NCBI GenBank assembly: GCA_963843975.1
Contig: CAWJMG010000001.1
Location: 1,260,001 to 1,292,000 of the forward strand
DNA: 32,000 bases
DNA from: an uncultured Actinomycetes bacterium
Lineage (GTDB): Bacteria > Actinomycetota > Actinomycetes > S36-B12 > CAIYMF01
Direction: 5' to 3'
The notes beneath the pieces were generated by a model, which was not told the origin of the DNA, did no database searches, and saw only the letters and a list, made by a program, of their open reading frames with translations. This document shows, piece after piece, positions 23,480 to 32,000 of this stretch. Numbering within the stretch: position 1 is the first letter of the stretch; every line of letters starts with the position of its first letter. Position numbers and translations under genes: made by a program.

Positions 23480-24283
23480 TCAGGGCGTGAGGGTCGGGTC
23501 GATGTTGTCGGGCGGACCGTCGGTCACGTAGCGGCTGCCGGTGAGCTCGCCCCACCAGGCCCAGCGCCCGGTCGAGCCGTAGCGCGGGGTGCAGGTGGTC
23601 ATCGTGAGCAGCTTCTTCGTGGGCTTGGAGTCCGGGAAGCCGGGCACGGGCTCGATCACCCACGTGTCGGTCGGCGTGAGGTTCGGGTCGTCGTGCGTGA
23701 GCGTGTACGTGTACCAGACCTTCTTGGTGCGCACGTAGACCTTGTCGCCGACCTGGAGGTCGGGGAAGTTCGCGAACGGCTCGCTGTGCGAGGACCGGTG
23801 CGCGGCGAGGGCGAAGTTGCCCACGGCCCCGGGCATCGCGGTGTCGACGTAGTGGCCGGCACCTGCCGCGAGGATGTCCTTGCCGGTGCCCTCGGTGAGG
23901 GGAAGCCCCCACACGTGGTCGGCGAGGCGCGGGATGTAGAGCAGCGCGAACCCGGTGCCGTAACCGGGCTCTGCGATCGGCTTGTCCGTGACCGGCTTCG
24001 GCGTGGCGGCCGGCGTCGGTGTCGCGGCGCCCTGGTCGGGATCGGCCCACGACTGCTCGATGTCCTGCCGCTCCTGGGCGATGGCCTGCGCGCTCTCGAC
24101 GTTGGTCCACCACAGCTGGTACGCGACCATCAGCAGCAGCAGCGCGCCGACGGTGATGAACACCTCGCCCACGCCGCGGATGACCGCGCGCACGCGGTTG
24201 CCCCGGGTCTGGGCCACCGGCGCCGGGCCGGGGATCTCCTGGAGCAGCGCGGTGCGCAGCTCCTCCTGGTCCTCAGGATTCAT
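23480..24283 (-). CDS. class E-type sortase (transpeptidase)
   Basis: N-terminal TM anchor. His motif NFALAAHRS, active-site LLTMTTCTP (TLxTC) and a downstream Arg region (GRWAWWGEL). Confidence 0.9.
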   Translation of the reverse strand: MNPEDQEELRTALLQEIPGPAPVAQTRGNRVRAVIRGVGEVFITVGALLLLMVAYQLWWTNVESAQAIAQERQDIEQSWADPDQGAATPTPAATPKPVTDKPIAEPGYGTGFALLYIPRLADHVWGLPLTEGTGKDILAAGAGHYVDTAMPGAVGNFALAAHRSSHSEPFANFPDLQVGDKVYVRTKKVWYTYTLTHDDPNLTPTDTWVIEPVPGFPDSKPTKKLLTMTTCTPRYGSTGRWAWWGELTGSRYVTDGPPDNIDPTLTP

Positions 24284-24292
24284 GGCTGTTCC

Positions 24293-25099
24293 TCATCCCC
24301 CCGTGGCCACGCGCGCGAACGACGGCAGCAGGGGGCCGGTGAACGCGGGCAGTGCGAGCCGGTCCTCCCCCTGCACGACGTAGCCGAGCCCGTAGAGGTC
24401 CACGTACTCACGGTAGAGGGCGACCTGCGGGTCCTCGTCGAGGGCCCGACCGAGCGCCGCGGTGTCGCCGACGGCCGACACGGTGAACGGCGGGGAGTAG
24501 ACGCGGCCCTGGAGGATGAGCGTGTTGCCCACGCACCGCACCGCGGACGTCGAGACGATCCGCTGGTCCATCACCTGCATGGCCGAGGCTCCTCCTCTCC
24601 ACAGCGCGTTCACCACTGCCTGCACGTCCTGCTGATGCACGACGAGGTCGTCCGGCGACGGGTTCCCGGGCAGCGCGCCGTCGCCGCGCGGTGCGTCGTC
24701 GAGCGCCACGGTGATGCCCGGGCCGACCACCGGGGTGAGCCCGGCGGGCGGCGAGAGCGCTGCCGTCGTGCGCTGGGACGCAGCCAACGCGTCGCCGGTG
24801 CCCTGCTGGGCGGTGAGGTCGGACACCTCCTGACGCAAGCGTGCGACCTCCGCCTCCTGCGCGGCGACCCGCTGGGCCGACCGGGTGACGAGGTCGCGGG
24901 TGTCGACCGCGCGGCCGCCGCGCAGGTCGGTGCCCGCGGCGGTGTGGGCGCTCGCGACCACGAGCAGTCCACCGAGGGCGGCCACCAGGCCGACGGCGAC
25001 GGCGCTGGTGCGGGCCGGACGGCGGAGGCGGCCCCGGACGGCGGGCGACGGATCGGGGTCGGCGGCCACCGCCTCCCGCTCGTGCCCGACGACGTCCAT
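24293..25099 (-). CDS. DUF881 domain membrane protein
   Basis: A TM segment, a coiled segment, then GPGITVALDD...DDLVVHQQDVQAVVNALWRGGASAMQVMDQRIVSTSAVRCVGNTLILQG.YSPPF.V.AVGD, typical of DUF881. Its position between sortase and crgA is conserved. Confidence 0.85.
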   Translation of the reverse strand: MDVVGHEREAVAADPDPSPAVRGRLRRPARTSAVAVGLVAALGGLLVVASAHTAAGTDLRGGRAVDTRDLVTRSAQRVAAQEAEVARLRQEVSDLTAQQGTGDALAASQRTTAALSPPAGLTPVVGPGITVALDDAPRGDGALPGNPSPDDLVVHQQDVQAVVNALWRGGASAMQVMDQRIVSTSAVRCVGNTLILQGRVYSPPFTVSAVGDTAALGRALDEDPQVALYREYVDLYGLGYVVQGEDRLALPAFTGPLLPSFARVATGG

Positions 25100-25158
25100 G
25101 CCCGTTACGCTACGACGGACCCGGCGCCTGACCGGGGATAGCGAGCAGGAGACCAGTC

Positions 25159-25413
25159 GTGCCTGAGTCCAAGGGGCGCCGCAAGAAGGCGTTCACGCCT
25201 CCGAACGAGACGCCCAGGTCGGTCAAGATCGGCAACCCGTCGTGGTGGGTGCCGGTCATGCTGACGCTGTTCATCGTCGGCCTGATCTGGATCGTCGTGT
25301 ACTACATCGCCGGTGCCGACCTGCCGCTGATGAAGGACCTCGGCTGGGTCAACGTGCTCGTCGGGTTCGGCTTCATCTTCGCCGGCTTCGGCATGGCGAC
25401 CCGCTGGCGCTGA
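25159..25413 (+). CDS. crgA: cell division protein CrgA
   Basis: 84 aa. MPESKGRRKKAFTPP...NPSWWVPVMLTLFIVGLIWIVVYYI plus a second TM helix, the canonical CrgA architecture. Confidence 0.95.
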   Translation: MPESKGRRKKAFTPPNETPRSVKIGNPSWWVPVMLTLFIVGLIWIVVYYIAGADLPLMKDLGWVNVLVGFGFIFAGFGMATRWR

Positions 25414-25444
25414 CCGCCCAGTCACCCCGTCCGACCGGGCTACT

Positions 25445-25526
25445 TACACGCGTGTAGTTCTATCCCCAGGTGTGGACAGGGTTGTGGATAACTAGCCCCT
25501 GTCCCCAGGGATCGCCCTGTGGACAG
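25445..25526. promoter_or_regulatory. cluster of DnaA-box-like 9-mers plus a 12-bp perfect palindrome
   Basis: Palindrome TACACGCGTGTA at 25445-25456. TGTGGACAG at 25471-25479. TGTGGATAA at 25483-25491 is the exact complement of TTATCCACA. TGTGGACAG again at 25518-25526. Weaker TATCCCCA (25461-25468) and TGTCCCCA (25500-25507) are also present. The last strong box and TGTCCCCA could alternatively form a hairpin. Confidence 0.35.
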
Positions 25527-25550
25527 AGAACACCCGGCTCTGGTAACGCC

Positions 25551-25589
25551 ACGACGCCCCCGGACCCTCATGAGGGTCCGGGGCGTCGT
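25551..25589. terminator. bidirectional hairpin terminator (crgA / thiolase convergent pair)
   Basis: ACGACGCCCCCGGACCCTCA / TGAGGGTCCGGGGCGTCGT form a near-perfect ~18-bp stem. Confidence 0.7.
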
Positions 25590-25626
25590 CGCAGGTCAGA
25601 GCAGGTGACAGCCCGTGGTGGGCTGG

Positions 25627-26775
25627 TTACAGCAGCTCGAGGATGGTCGCGTTGGCCATGCCGCCGCCCTCGCACATGGTCTGGAGGCCGTAGCGGGTGC
25701 CCTCGCGGCGCATGCGGTGCACGAGCGTCGTCATGAGCCGGGCACCCGAACCGCCGAGCGGGTGACCGAGGGCGATCGCGCCGCCGTCGGGGTTGGTGAG
25801 CGCGGGGTCGGCGCCGGTCTCGGCGAGCCAGGCCGCGACCACCGAGGCGAACGCCTCGTTGACCTCGAAGGTGCCGATGTCGCCGATCGAGAGGCCCGCG
25901 CGGGCGAGCACCTTCTCGGTCGCGGGGATGACGCCGGTGAGCATCAGGATCGGGTCCGACCCGGTCACGGCCACCGAGTGGACCCGCGCGATCGGGGTGA
26001 GGCCGAGCTCGGCCGCCTTCTCCGACGTCGTCAGCAGCAGCGCCGCCGAGCCGTCCGAGATCTGGGAGGCGTTGCCGGCCGTGACGACGCCGTCCTCCTT
26101 GAACACTGTGCGCAGGCCCGCGAGGGTCTCGAGCGTGGTGCCGCGGCGGATGCCCTCGTCGGTCGCGAAGCCGCCGACGCCCACGATCTGGTCGGCGAAG
26201 TGGCCGGAGTCGGTGGCTGCGGCCGCGCGCTCGTGCGAGGCGACGGCGATCTCGTCGAGCTGGGTGCGGGAGAGGCCCCACGTCGAGGCGATCATCTCGG
26301 CCGAGATGCCCTGGGGCACGAGGGCGTTGTTGTAGCGCTCGAGCATGCGGCTCGGGAACGGGCCGTCGCCACCGTTCGCGTTGGAGAACATCGGCACCCG
26401 CGACATCGACTCGGTGCCGCCCGCGATCACGACGTCGTAGTGCCCGGCGACGAGCCCGGCGGCGGCGAAGTGCACGGCCTGCTGGCTCGAGCCGCACTGG
26501 CGGTCGATGGTGGTGCCGGGCACCGACTCGGGGAAGCCGGCGGCGAGCAGCGTGTTGCGGGCGGCGTTGAACGCCTGCTCGCCGACCTGCGAGACCGTGC
26601 CCCAGATGACGTCGTCCACGATTCCGGCGTCGATGCCGGTGCGGGCGACGAGGTTCTCGAGGACGTGGGCGCCGAGGTCGCCCGGGTGGATCCCCGACAG
26701 CGCCCCCTTGCCCGGCTTGCCGACGCCGACGGGCGTGCGGATGGCTTCGACGATGACGGCGTCGCGCTGGCTCAT
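25627..26775 (-). CDS. acetyl-CoA C-acyltransferase (thiolase)
   Basis: 382 aa with active-site DRQCGSSQQA, NEAFA, GHPLGGSGARL and CEGGGMANA. Confidence 0.95.
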   Translation of the reverse strand: MSQRDAVIVEAIRTPVGVGKPGKGALSGIHPGDLGAHVLENLVARTGIDAGIVDDVIWGTVSQVGEQAFNAARNTLLAAGFPESVPGTTIDRQCGSSQQAVHFAAAGLVAGHYDVVIAGGTESMSRVPMFSNANGGDGPFPSRMLERYNNALVPQGISAEMIASTWGLSRTQLDEIAVASHERAAAATDSGHFADQIVGVGGFATDEGIRRGTTLETLAGLRTVFKEDGVVTAGNASQISDGSAALLLTTSEKAAELGLTPIARVHSVAVTGSDPILMLTGVIPATEKVLARAGLSIGDIGTFEVNEAFASVVAAWLAETGADPALTNPDGGAIALGHPLGGSGARLMTTLVHRMRREGTRYGLQTMCEGGGMANATILELL

Positions 26776-26865
26776 GGCAGGGATCCTCCTCGCGGTCGCG
26801 GCCCGGAACGGGCCCGCGCTGTTACCGAACGCTAACCCAGCGGTGTACCCGGGCGGGAGGGGTGG

Positions 26866-27711
26866 TCAGCCGCCCGTGATGGCGCCGAGCCCGGCCTGGA
26901 CGAGCTGGTTGGTGAGCTGCTGGTCGCGGACGACGGTGAGCACGGCGAGCAGCGCGACGACCGCCAGGACGCCGCCCACCTGGACGGCGATGCGGCCCTT
27001 CTGCGGGGCGTAGGCGAACACCGCGGCCACGAGGGCGCCGGTGACGAGGCCGCCGAGGTGCGCGCGCCAGTCGACGCCGGAGATCACGAAGCCCAGGACG
27101 ATGTTGATGCCGATGAGCCCGAGGATCTGCGTGGTGTCGAAGTTCAGACGCCGGCCGACGACGACGTACGCGCCGAGCAGGCCGAAGATCGCACCGCTCG
27201 CACCGACGGACAGCGTGTTCGGTGCGCTGAACCAGAAGGACGCGATCGAGCCACCGAGACCGGCGACGACGTACAGCACCGCGAACCGCACGTGGCCGAG
27301 GACGTACTCGAGCTGGGGGCCGAGCATCCAGAGGAAGAGCATGTTGAGGCCGATGTGGAGCAGCCCGCCGTGCAGGAACATGCTCGTGAAGAGCCGGTAG
27401 TACTGGTCGTCGAGCGAGACGAAGATCGGCCACATGCCGAAGTCGCCAGTGGCGACGTCCTGGGTGAGGAACTGCCAGCCGTAGGCGACGACGCACAGCG
27501 CGATGAGCGCGATGGTGACCGTCGGGCGGCTCGGCACCGTCGCACCGAGGCGGCTCTTGACCGGACGCACGGAGGCCTTGGCCTCGGCGATGCACTCCGG
27601 GCAGTGGAACCCGACCGACGCGGAGGTCATGCAGTCCGGGCAGATCGGCCGGTCGCAGCGGCCGCAGCGGATGTAGGTCTCGCGGTCGGGGTGCCGGTAG
27701 CAGACCGGCAC
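26866..27711 (-). CDS. rhomboid-family intramembrane serine protease with N-terminal zinc ribbon
   Basis: CYRHP...CGRC..ICPDC...HCPEC at the N-terminus. FLHGGLLHIGLNM, GASGAIFGLLGA (catalytic Ser) and AHLGGLVTG (His). Confidence 0.9.
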   Translation of the reverse strand: MPVCYRHPDRETYIRCGRCDRPICPDCMTSASVGFHCPECIAEAKASVRPVKSRLGATVPSRPTVTIALIALCVVAYGWQFLTQDVATGDFGMWPIFVSLDDQYYRLFTSMFLHGGLLHIGLNMLFLWMLGPQLEYVLGHVRFAVLYVVAGLGGSIASFWFSAPNTLSVGASGAIFGLLGAYVVVGRRLNFDTTQILGLIGINIVLGFVISGVDWRAHLGGLVTGALVAAVFAYAPQKGRIAVQVGGVLAVVALLAVLTVVRDQQLTNQLVQAGLGAITGG

Positions 27712-27732
27712 CCCGGGCGCCGAGCGCTCGGA

Positions 27733-28257
27733 TCAGGCGTCGACATCCTCGACCGTTACGGACTCGATGACGACGTCGGACACCGGACGGTCCATGCGGC
27801 CCGTCTGCGTGGTGGCGATCGCGTCGACGACCGCGCGGCTCTCCGCGTCGGCCACCTCGCCGAAGATCGTGTGCTTCATGTTCAGGTGCGGGGTGCTCGT
27901 CACCGTGATGAAGAACTGCGAGCCGTTGGTGCCGGGGCCGGCGTTCGCCATCGCGAGGAGGTACGGCCGGTCGAAGCGCAGCTCGGGGTGGAACTCGTCG
28001 CCGAACCGGTAGCCCGGGCCGCCGGTGCCGGTGCCGAGGGGGTCGCCGCCCTGGATCATGAAGCCGCTGATGACGCGGTGGAAGACCGTGCCCGCGTAGA
28101 GCGAGTCCGAGCGCTTCTGGCCGGTCTTCGGGTCGGTCCACTCCTGGCTGCCGTCGGCGAGCCCCACGAAGTTGCGCACGGTCTTCGGCGCGTGGTTCGG
28201 GAAGAGCTCGATGCGGATGTCGCCCTGGTTGGTGTGCAGCGTCGCGAAAGTAGTCAC
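27733..28257 (-). CDS. ppiA: peptidyl-prolyl cis-trans isomerase, cyclophilin type
   Basis: FHRVISGFMIQGGDP, GTNGSQFFIT and HTIFGEV motifs; 174 aa. Confidence 0.95.
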   Translation of the reverse strand: MTTFATLHTNQGDIRIELFPNHAPKTVRNFVGLADGSQEWTDPKTGQKRSDSLYAGTVFHRVISGFMIQGGDPLGTGTGGPGYRFGDEFHPELRFDRPYLLAMANAGPGTNGSQFFITVTSTPHLNMKHTIFGEVADAESRAVVDAIATTQTGRMDRPVSDVVIESVTVEDVDA

Positions 28258-28330
28258 GGCCGAATCCTCGCACGCGAGACGCCGACCGCGCCCCCCGGCG
28301 TACCGGGCCCCGTCTTCCGGCCCGGCGTCG

Positions 28331-28951
28331 TCAGGGGGTGCGGCGGGCGCGGTCGAAGGGGCCGCGGCTGTTGATCTGGGCGTCGGCCACGATCGTGGCG
28401 ATGCGCTTGGCCCGGGTCTCGGGCTTCCTGGCCAGGAGGATCAGCTCGAGCAGGCCGCGCTTCACCGAGCGGGGGAAGGCGTCCCAGTTGGCCCGCGCCG
28501 GGGGATCGGCGTCCAGGGCCGCGGCGAGGTCGTCGGGCTCGACGAGGTTCTCGACGTCGTCGAGCTTGGACCAGCTGCCGTCGGCCCGGGCCTGCTCGAT
28601 CACCGCGGTGCCTCGCGGGAGCAGGAGCCCTGCCGCCTCGAGCAGGGCGACGCGCTCCTTGTTGGGCCGCGACCAGCCGCTGCCCTTCTTGCGCGGGGCG
28701 CACCAGAGCATCCCGCGCTCGGCGTCCAGGCTTCCCGCTGTGCTGTCGACCCAGCCGACGCAGAGCAGCTCCTGCACCAGGTCGTCGTACGCCACCGCGG
28801 GGCGGCTGGTCGCCTTCTTCCACGACGCCACCCACACGCCGGCGCCGTCGTCCTGGTGCGCGACGAGCCAGGCGCGCAGCTGGGCGCGGGTCTCCGGCTG
28901 CACGAAACGGCGGCCGTCGGGGGCGGTGCCCTCGACCGCCTTCTTCGCCAT
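28331..28951 (-). CDS. YdeI/OmpD-associated family protein
   Basis: 206 aa. The C-terminal WDAFPRSVKRGLLELILLARKPETRAKRIATIV matches the YdeI/OmdA signature as I recall it. Confidence 0.7.
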   Translation of the reverse strand: MAKKAVEGTAPDGRRFVQPETRAQLRAWLVAHQDDGAGVWVASWKKATSRPAVAYDDLVQELLCVGWVDSTAGSLDAERGMLWCAPRKKGSGWSRPNKERVALLEAAGLLLPRGTAVIEQARADGSWSKLDDVENLVEPDDLAAALDADPPARANWDAFPRSVKRGLLELILLARKPETRAKRIATIVADAQINSRGPFDRARRTP

Positions 28952-28992
28952 GGGTCCATGGTGGGGTCGATCGGGCTGGTAGGCATGCGGTC

Positions 28993-29568
28993 ATGGAGAT
29001 CCGGCCGCTCGACACTGAAGGCTGGCCCGCCGCGGCAGTGCTGCTCACGCGCGCGTTCCTCGACGAGCCCTACGTGATCGAGCAGTACGGCGACGACCGC
29101 ATCCGGCGCGAGTCGGTGCTGCTCGAGCACTACCGCGCCGAGGACCCCGCCCGCTTCGAGGTCGTCCTCGCGGCGTACGACGGCGACGCGCTGCTCGGGC
29201 TCGTGCAGGGATCGCTGCCCGGACGGTGCCTGGCGTGCACGCGGCAGGTCGGGACGCCGCGGCCGGACGACCCCGAGGACGCGCTCGAGTGGGAGTTCCG
29301 CTCGAACGTGGCCGTGGCGCACGCGACCCAGGCCGAGCACGGCTCGGTGGGGAAGCTCGGCGTCGATCCGGATGCGCAGGGGCGAGGCGTGGGGCCCGCG
29401 CTGCTCGCTTCGTTCGCCTCGCAGGTGCGCGACGCAGGTGGCGACCTCGTGCTGCTGGAGTGCCAGCCGCACCGGGATGCGTTCTACGAGCGGGCCGGGT
29501 ACGAGCGCGCCCTGCAGTTCCCGGATCCGGTCGGGCCCGATGCCAGCCTGATGCGGCTGCGGCTGTAG
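28993..29568 (+). CDS. GNAT-family N-acetyltransferase
   Basis: 191 aa with acetyl-CoA motif A LGVDPDAQGRGVGPALL and a C-terminal FYERAGYE. Confidence 0.8.
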   Translation: MEIRPLDTEGWPAAAVLLTRAFLDEPYVIEQYGDDRIRRESVLLEHYRAEDPARFEVVLAAYDGDALLGLVQGSLPGRCLACTRQVGTPRPDDPEDALEWEFRSNVAVAHATQAEHGSVGKLGVDPDAQGRGVGPALLASFASQVRDAGGDLVLLECQPHRDAFYERAGYERALQFPDPVGPDASLMRLRL

Positions 29569-29841
29569 GTGCGGATCGATTGCGATGAAGGGTGGGCCCC
29601 CGCTGGGCGACGATGGCCGAAGGCCTCGTCTAGTAGGGGACTTCGTTGCTAAGAGCGCAACACAGTCGGTTTTCATCGGTTGCGTGTCCACAGCTGGGTT
29701 GCGCTCTGATGCTGGCGGTGCCGCCATCGGAGGCACGGGGTCATACCCGTGGAGTCCCCTACTGCGCATCATGGCGCTTCGGTGGGGACATGGCGCGTGC
29801 GCTCAGATGCGCAGCGGGGGCCCACAGCCTTCGTGGCAGGA

Positions 29842-29898
29842 GATCGAAAGGGGCTCCTGGTCCCCCAAGAACGGGGGGACCAGGAGCCCCTTTCGATC
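29842..29898 (-). terminator. 25-bp perfect hairpin 4 nt downstream of tRNA-Ala
   Basis: GATCGAAAGGGGCTCCTGGTCCCCC-AAGAACG-GGGGGACCAGGAGCCCCTTTCGATC. Confidence 0.7.
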
Positions 29899-29902
29899 GA
29901 CG

Positions 29903-29975
29903 TGGAGGCTAGGGGACTCGAACCCCTGACTTCTGCCTTGCAAAGGCAGCGCTCTACCAACTGAGCTAAGCCCCC
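29903..29975 (-). tRNA. tRNA-Ala (anticodon TGC)
   Basis: Reverse complement GGGGGCTTAGCTCAGTTGGTAGAGCGCTGCCTTTGCAAGGCAGAAGTCAGGGGTTCGAGTCCCCTAGCCTCCA. It has the G3:U70 identity pair, the anticodon loop CTTTGCAAG and a TTCGAGT T-loop. CCA is not encoded. Confidence 0.95.
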
Positions 29976-30009
29976 GGAGACGGTCCCGAGGACCGCCCGG
30001 TGGTGCGGA

Positions 30010-30135
30010 TCAGCGCAGGTCGGGAGCCGAGGTGGCCTCGGTCCAGAGATCCTGCTCCGCTCGCGAAGCACTGATCTGCTGGTAGACGACATAGCCGACC
30101 GCGGCGAGGGCGGCGAGCACGAGCAGCTTCTTCAC
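30010..30135 (-). CDS. DLW-39-type small membrane peptide (41 aa)
   Basis: GTG start with SD GGAAGG. MKKLLVLAALAAVGYVVYQQISASRAEQDLWTEATSAPDLR has one TM helix plus a D-L-W motif. Its location between tRNA-Ile and tRNA-Ala downstream of gyrA is characteristic. Too short for the ORF track. Confidence 0.7.
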   Translation of the reverse strand: MKKLLVLAALAAVGYVVYQQISASRAEQDLWTEATSAPDLR

Positions 30136-30167
30136 GGTTCCTGCCTTCCCGAGCGGGTGGGGCGTGG

Positions 30168-30245
30168 TGGTGGGCCTAGATGGACTTGAACCATCGACCT
30201 CTTCCTTATCAGGGAAGCGCTCTAACCAGGCTGAGCTATAGGCCC
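30168..30245 (-). tRNA. tRNA-Ile (anticodon GAT), CCA encoded
   Basis: Reverse complement GGGCCTATAGCTCAGCCTGGTTAGAGCGCTTCCCTGATAAGGAAGAGGTCGATGGTTCAAGTCCATCTAGGCCCACCA. Acceptor GGGCCTA/TAGGCCC and anticodon loop CTGATAA. Confidence 0.95.
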
Positions 30246-30331
30246 CAGGCGTGCCGGAGAAGGCTACCCCAGCGGACCGAGGTCCCCAAAACGGGGAGGT
30301 CGTGAGGACGACCGTACGCCGAAGCCGCGAG

Positions 30332-30880
30332 TCAGGAGTCCTCGGACAGCGTGACCTCGAGGCCGCCGGTGAGCCCGACCGAGAGGTTGTACAGGAACGC
30401 GAACAGCGTCGAGAGCGCCGACACGAGCACGATCTCGATCGCGGCGAGGACGAACGCGATGCCCATGACGCGGTTGAAGCCGACGAGCGACTCGAAGTCG
30501 AACGAGGTCGACGCCGTGCCCGCCAGGTCGTCGACCGTGCGGGCGATCGCGGCGAACACGCCCGTCACGTCGAGCGTCCACCACAGCAGCGCGAGCGCCA
30601 TGACGATGACGATCGACAGCGACACCGAGAGCATGAACGCCGTCTTCATCACCGACCACGGGTCGAGCCGCGTGACCATGAGCCGCGCGCGGCGCGGACC
30701 GGCCGGCCGCATCTGCGCCGTGGGCACAGGCTGCGGAGCACCCGATCCCGAGCGCGGGTCGAGCTGCGCACGCGGGTCGCTCGCCGGACGCTGCGGAGCC
30801 ACCGTGCGCTGGGGGGCGGCCGTGCGCTCAGCAGCCACCGAGCGCTCCGTCGAGCGCGGGGTCGTGCCTGCGGTGTCCAC
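30332..30880 (-). CDS. DUF3566 domain transmembrane protein (Rv0007-like, downstream of gyrA)
   Basis: C-terminal ARLMVTRLDPWSVMKTAFMLSVSLSIVIVMALALLWWTL...FAFLYNLSVGLTGGLEVTLSE. ORF 30332..31060 overlaps gyrA, so the start was moved to GTG 30880, just after the gyrA stop and preceded by GAGGGG. Confidence 0.8.
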   Translation of the reverse strand: MDTAGTTPRSTERSVAAERTAAPQRTVAPQRPASDPRAQLDPRSGSGAPQPVPTAQMRPAGPRRARLMVTRLDPWSVMKTAFMLSVSLSIVIVMALALLWWTLDVTGVFAAIARTVDDLAGTASTSFDFESLVGFNRVMGIAFVLAAIEIVLVSALSTLFAFLYNLSVGLTGGLEVTLSEDS

Positions 30881-30893
30881 CGGTGGTGTCCCC

Positions 30894-32000
30894 TCAGCTC
30901 TCGGTCGGGTCGTCGCTCGAGGTCTCCACGGTAGCCGAGGGCTGCTCGTCCGCCACGTCGGACACCGTCTCCGGCGCCTCCGCAGTCGTGCCGTCGCCGT
31001 CCGTGACCACGTCGGTGTCCACGTCGACGTCGGCGTCGTCCTCGTCGTCGCCGGCCTCACCGCGTGCGACGGCGACGATCGCGTTGTCGTCGCTCACCGA
31101 CATCAGCGAGACGCCCATGGTGTCGCGGCCGGTCGCCCGGATCTCCGACACCCGGGTGCGGATGACGACGCCGTCCGACGCGATCGCGTAGACCTCGTCG
31201 TCCTCCGACGCCACGAGCGCGCCGACGAGCGAGCCACGCTCCTGCACGAGCTTCATCGCGCGGACGCCGTAGATGCCGCGGCCCTTGACGCTCCACTCGT
31301 CGACCGGCGTGCGCTTGGCGTAGCCGCCGTCGGTCACCGTGACGACGAACGCGCCCTCGCGGACGGTGTCCATCGCGAGCAGGTGGTCGCCCTCGCGGAA
31401 CTTCATGCCGATGACGCCGCTGGTGTCGCGGCCCATCGGGCGCAGGGTCGCGTCGTCGGCGGTGAAGCGCGACGACATGCCCTTGGCCGACACGAGCATG
31501 AGGTCGGCGCCGTCATCGACGAGCTGCGCCGAGATGAGCTCGTCGTCGTCGCGCAGGTTGATCGCGATGATGCCGCCGCTGCGGTTGGAGTCGAAGGCCT
31601 CGAGCTTGGTCTTCTTCACCATGCCGTCGCGGGTGGCGAGCACGAGGTACGGCGCAGCCTCGTAGTCGCGGATGTCGAGCACCTGGGCGATCTGCTCCTC
31701 GGGCTGGAACGCGAGGAGGTTGGCCACGTGCTGGCCGCGAGCATCACGCCCGGAGTCGGGCAGCTCGTACGCCTTGGCCCGGTAGACGCGGCCCTTGTTC
31801 GTGAAGAACAGCAGGTAGTGGTGCGTCGTGGTCACGAAGAAGTGCTCGACGACGTCGTCACCTCGAAGGGCTGCGCCGCGCACGCCCTTGCCGCCGCGAC
31901 GCTGCGCGCGGTACAGGCTCGCGACCGTGCGCTTGGCGTAGCCGCCGCGGGTGATCGTGACGACGACCTCCTCCTCGGCGATGAGGTCCTCGTCGGTGAC
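30894..32000 (-). CDS. gyrA: DNA gyrase subunit A, C-terminal part (5' end outside window)
   Basis: The frame stays open from 32000: [55 protein letters not shown]... These are beta-pinwheel repeats, followed by an acidic D/E-rich tail. The ORF track shows only the part from an internal GTG (31883). Confidence 0.95.
   Translation of the reverse strand, partial: VTDEDLIAEEEVVVTITRGGYAKRTVASLYRAQRRGGKGVRGAALRGDDVVEHFFVTTTHHYLLFFTNKGRVYRAKAYELPDSGRDARGQHVANLLAFQPEEQIAQVLDIRDYEAAPYLVLATRDGMVKKTKLEAFDSNRSGGIIAINLRDDDELISAQLVDDGADLMLVSAKGMSSRFTADDATLRPMGRDTSGVIGMKFREGDHLLAMDTVREGAFVVTVTDGGYAKRTPVDEWSVKGRGIYGVRAMKLVQERGSLVGALVASEDDEVYAIASDGVVIRTRVSEIRATGRDTMGVSLMSVSDDNAIVAVARGEAGDDEDDADVDVDTDVVTDGDGTTAEAPETVSDVADEQPSATVETSSDDPTES

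Noticed and set aside
20478-24113. 1211-aa minus-strand ORF, the longest in the track
   Set aside because: It is a chimeric read-through. Only ~22740-23159 is real coding sequence (the N-terminal part of trpG). The rest runs antisense to pknB and out of frame through the small membrane gene and sortase, and translates to Arg/Pro/Gly-rich nonsense.
25568-28374. ORFs 25568..26497(-), 25615..26835(+), 26822..28273(-), 27058..28374(+), 28172..29077(+), 28254..29048(-), 28600..29772(-)
   Set aside because: They are out of frame or antisense to thiolase, rhomboid, ppiA, YdeI-like and GNAT genes, which carry clear catalytic motifs.
29628-29645. TAGGGGACT shared with the tRNA-Ala T-arm region (29910-29918), considered as a remnant att site of a lost element
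   Set aside because: Only a 9-nt match with no extended identity and no mobility genes. It is better explained as the helix arm of the structured segment, or as chance.

Overview
High-GC actinobacterial chromosome segment. Gene order matches the origin-proximal block of Micrococcales/Cellulomonas-like Actinomycetota, but the taxon cannot be proven from the sequence alone. (A) 652-14794 is a ~14.1 kb integrated, probably mobilizable element in the 3' end of tRNA-Leu(CAG). It is bounded by a 22-bp direct repeat and has paired subterminal GTGACCA repeats at both ends. It carries xis/int, a MobF (TrwC-type) relaxase-helicase, a DNA C5-methyltransferase, an LCP-family cell-wall transferase, a putative nuclease-SHOCT protein, a DUF1508 protein and a Cys-rich small protein. 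It also carries a tightly coupled three-gene cassette of unknown function (2222-4743), my best candidate for an undescribed accessory or defence-type system. (B) 14771-32000 is conserved core: tRNA-Leu, fhaA-fhaB-pstP-rodA-pbpA-pknB, trpG, a small membrane protein, sortase, DUF881, crgA, thiolase, rhomboid, ppiA, YdeI-like, GNAT, tRNA-Ala, DLW-39 peptide, tRNA-Ile, DUF3566 and the 3' part of gyrA. Four recognisable genes (relaxase, integrase, methyltransferase, trpG) carry +1 frame breaks, all at GAGCTC-like heptamers. A sequence-quality artefact must be excluded before calling them pseudogenes. Many long ORFs in the track are antisense or shadow ORFs typical of high-GC DNA. No CRISPR array, rRNA or transposase was seen. 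Coordinates of non-ORF features were anchored to ORF-track frames where possible and could still be off by 1-2 nt.
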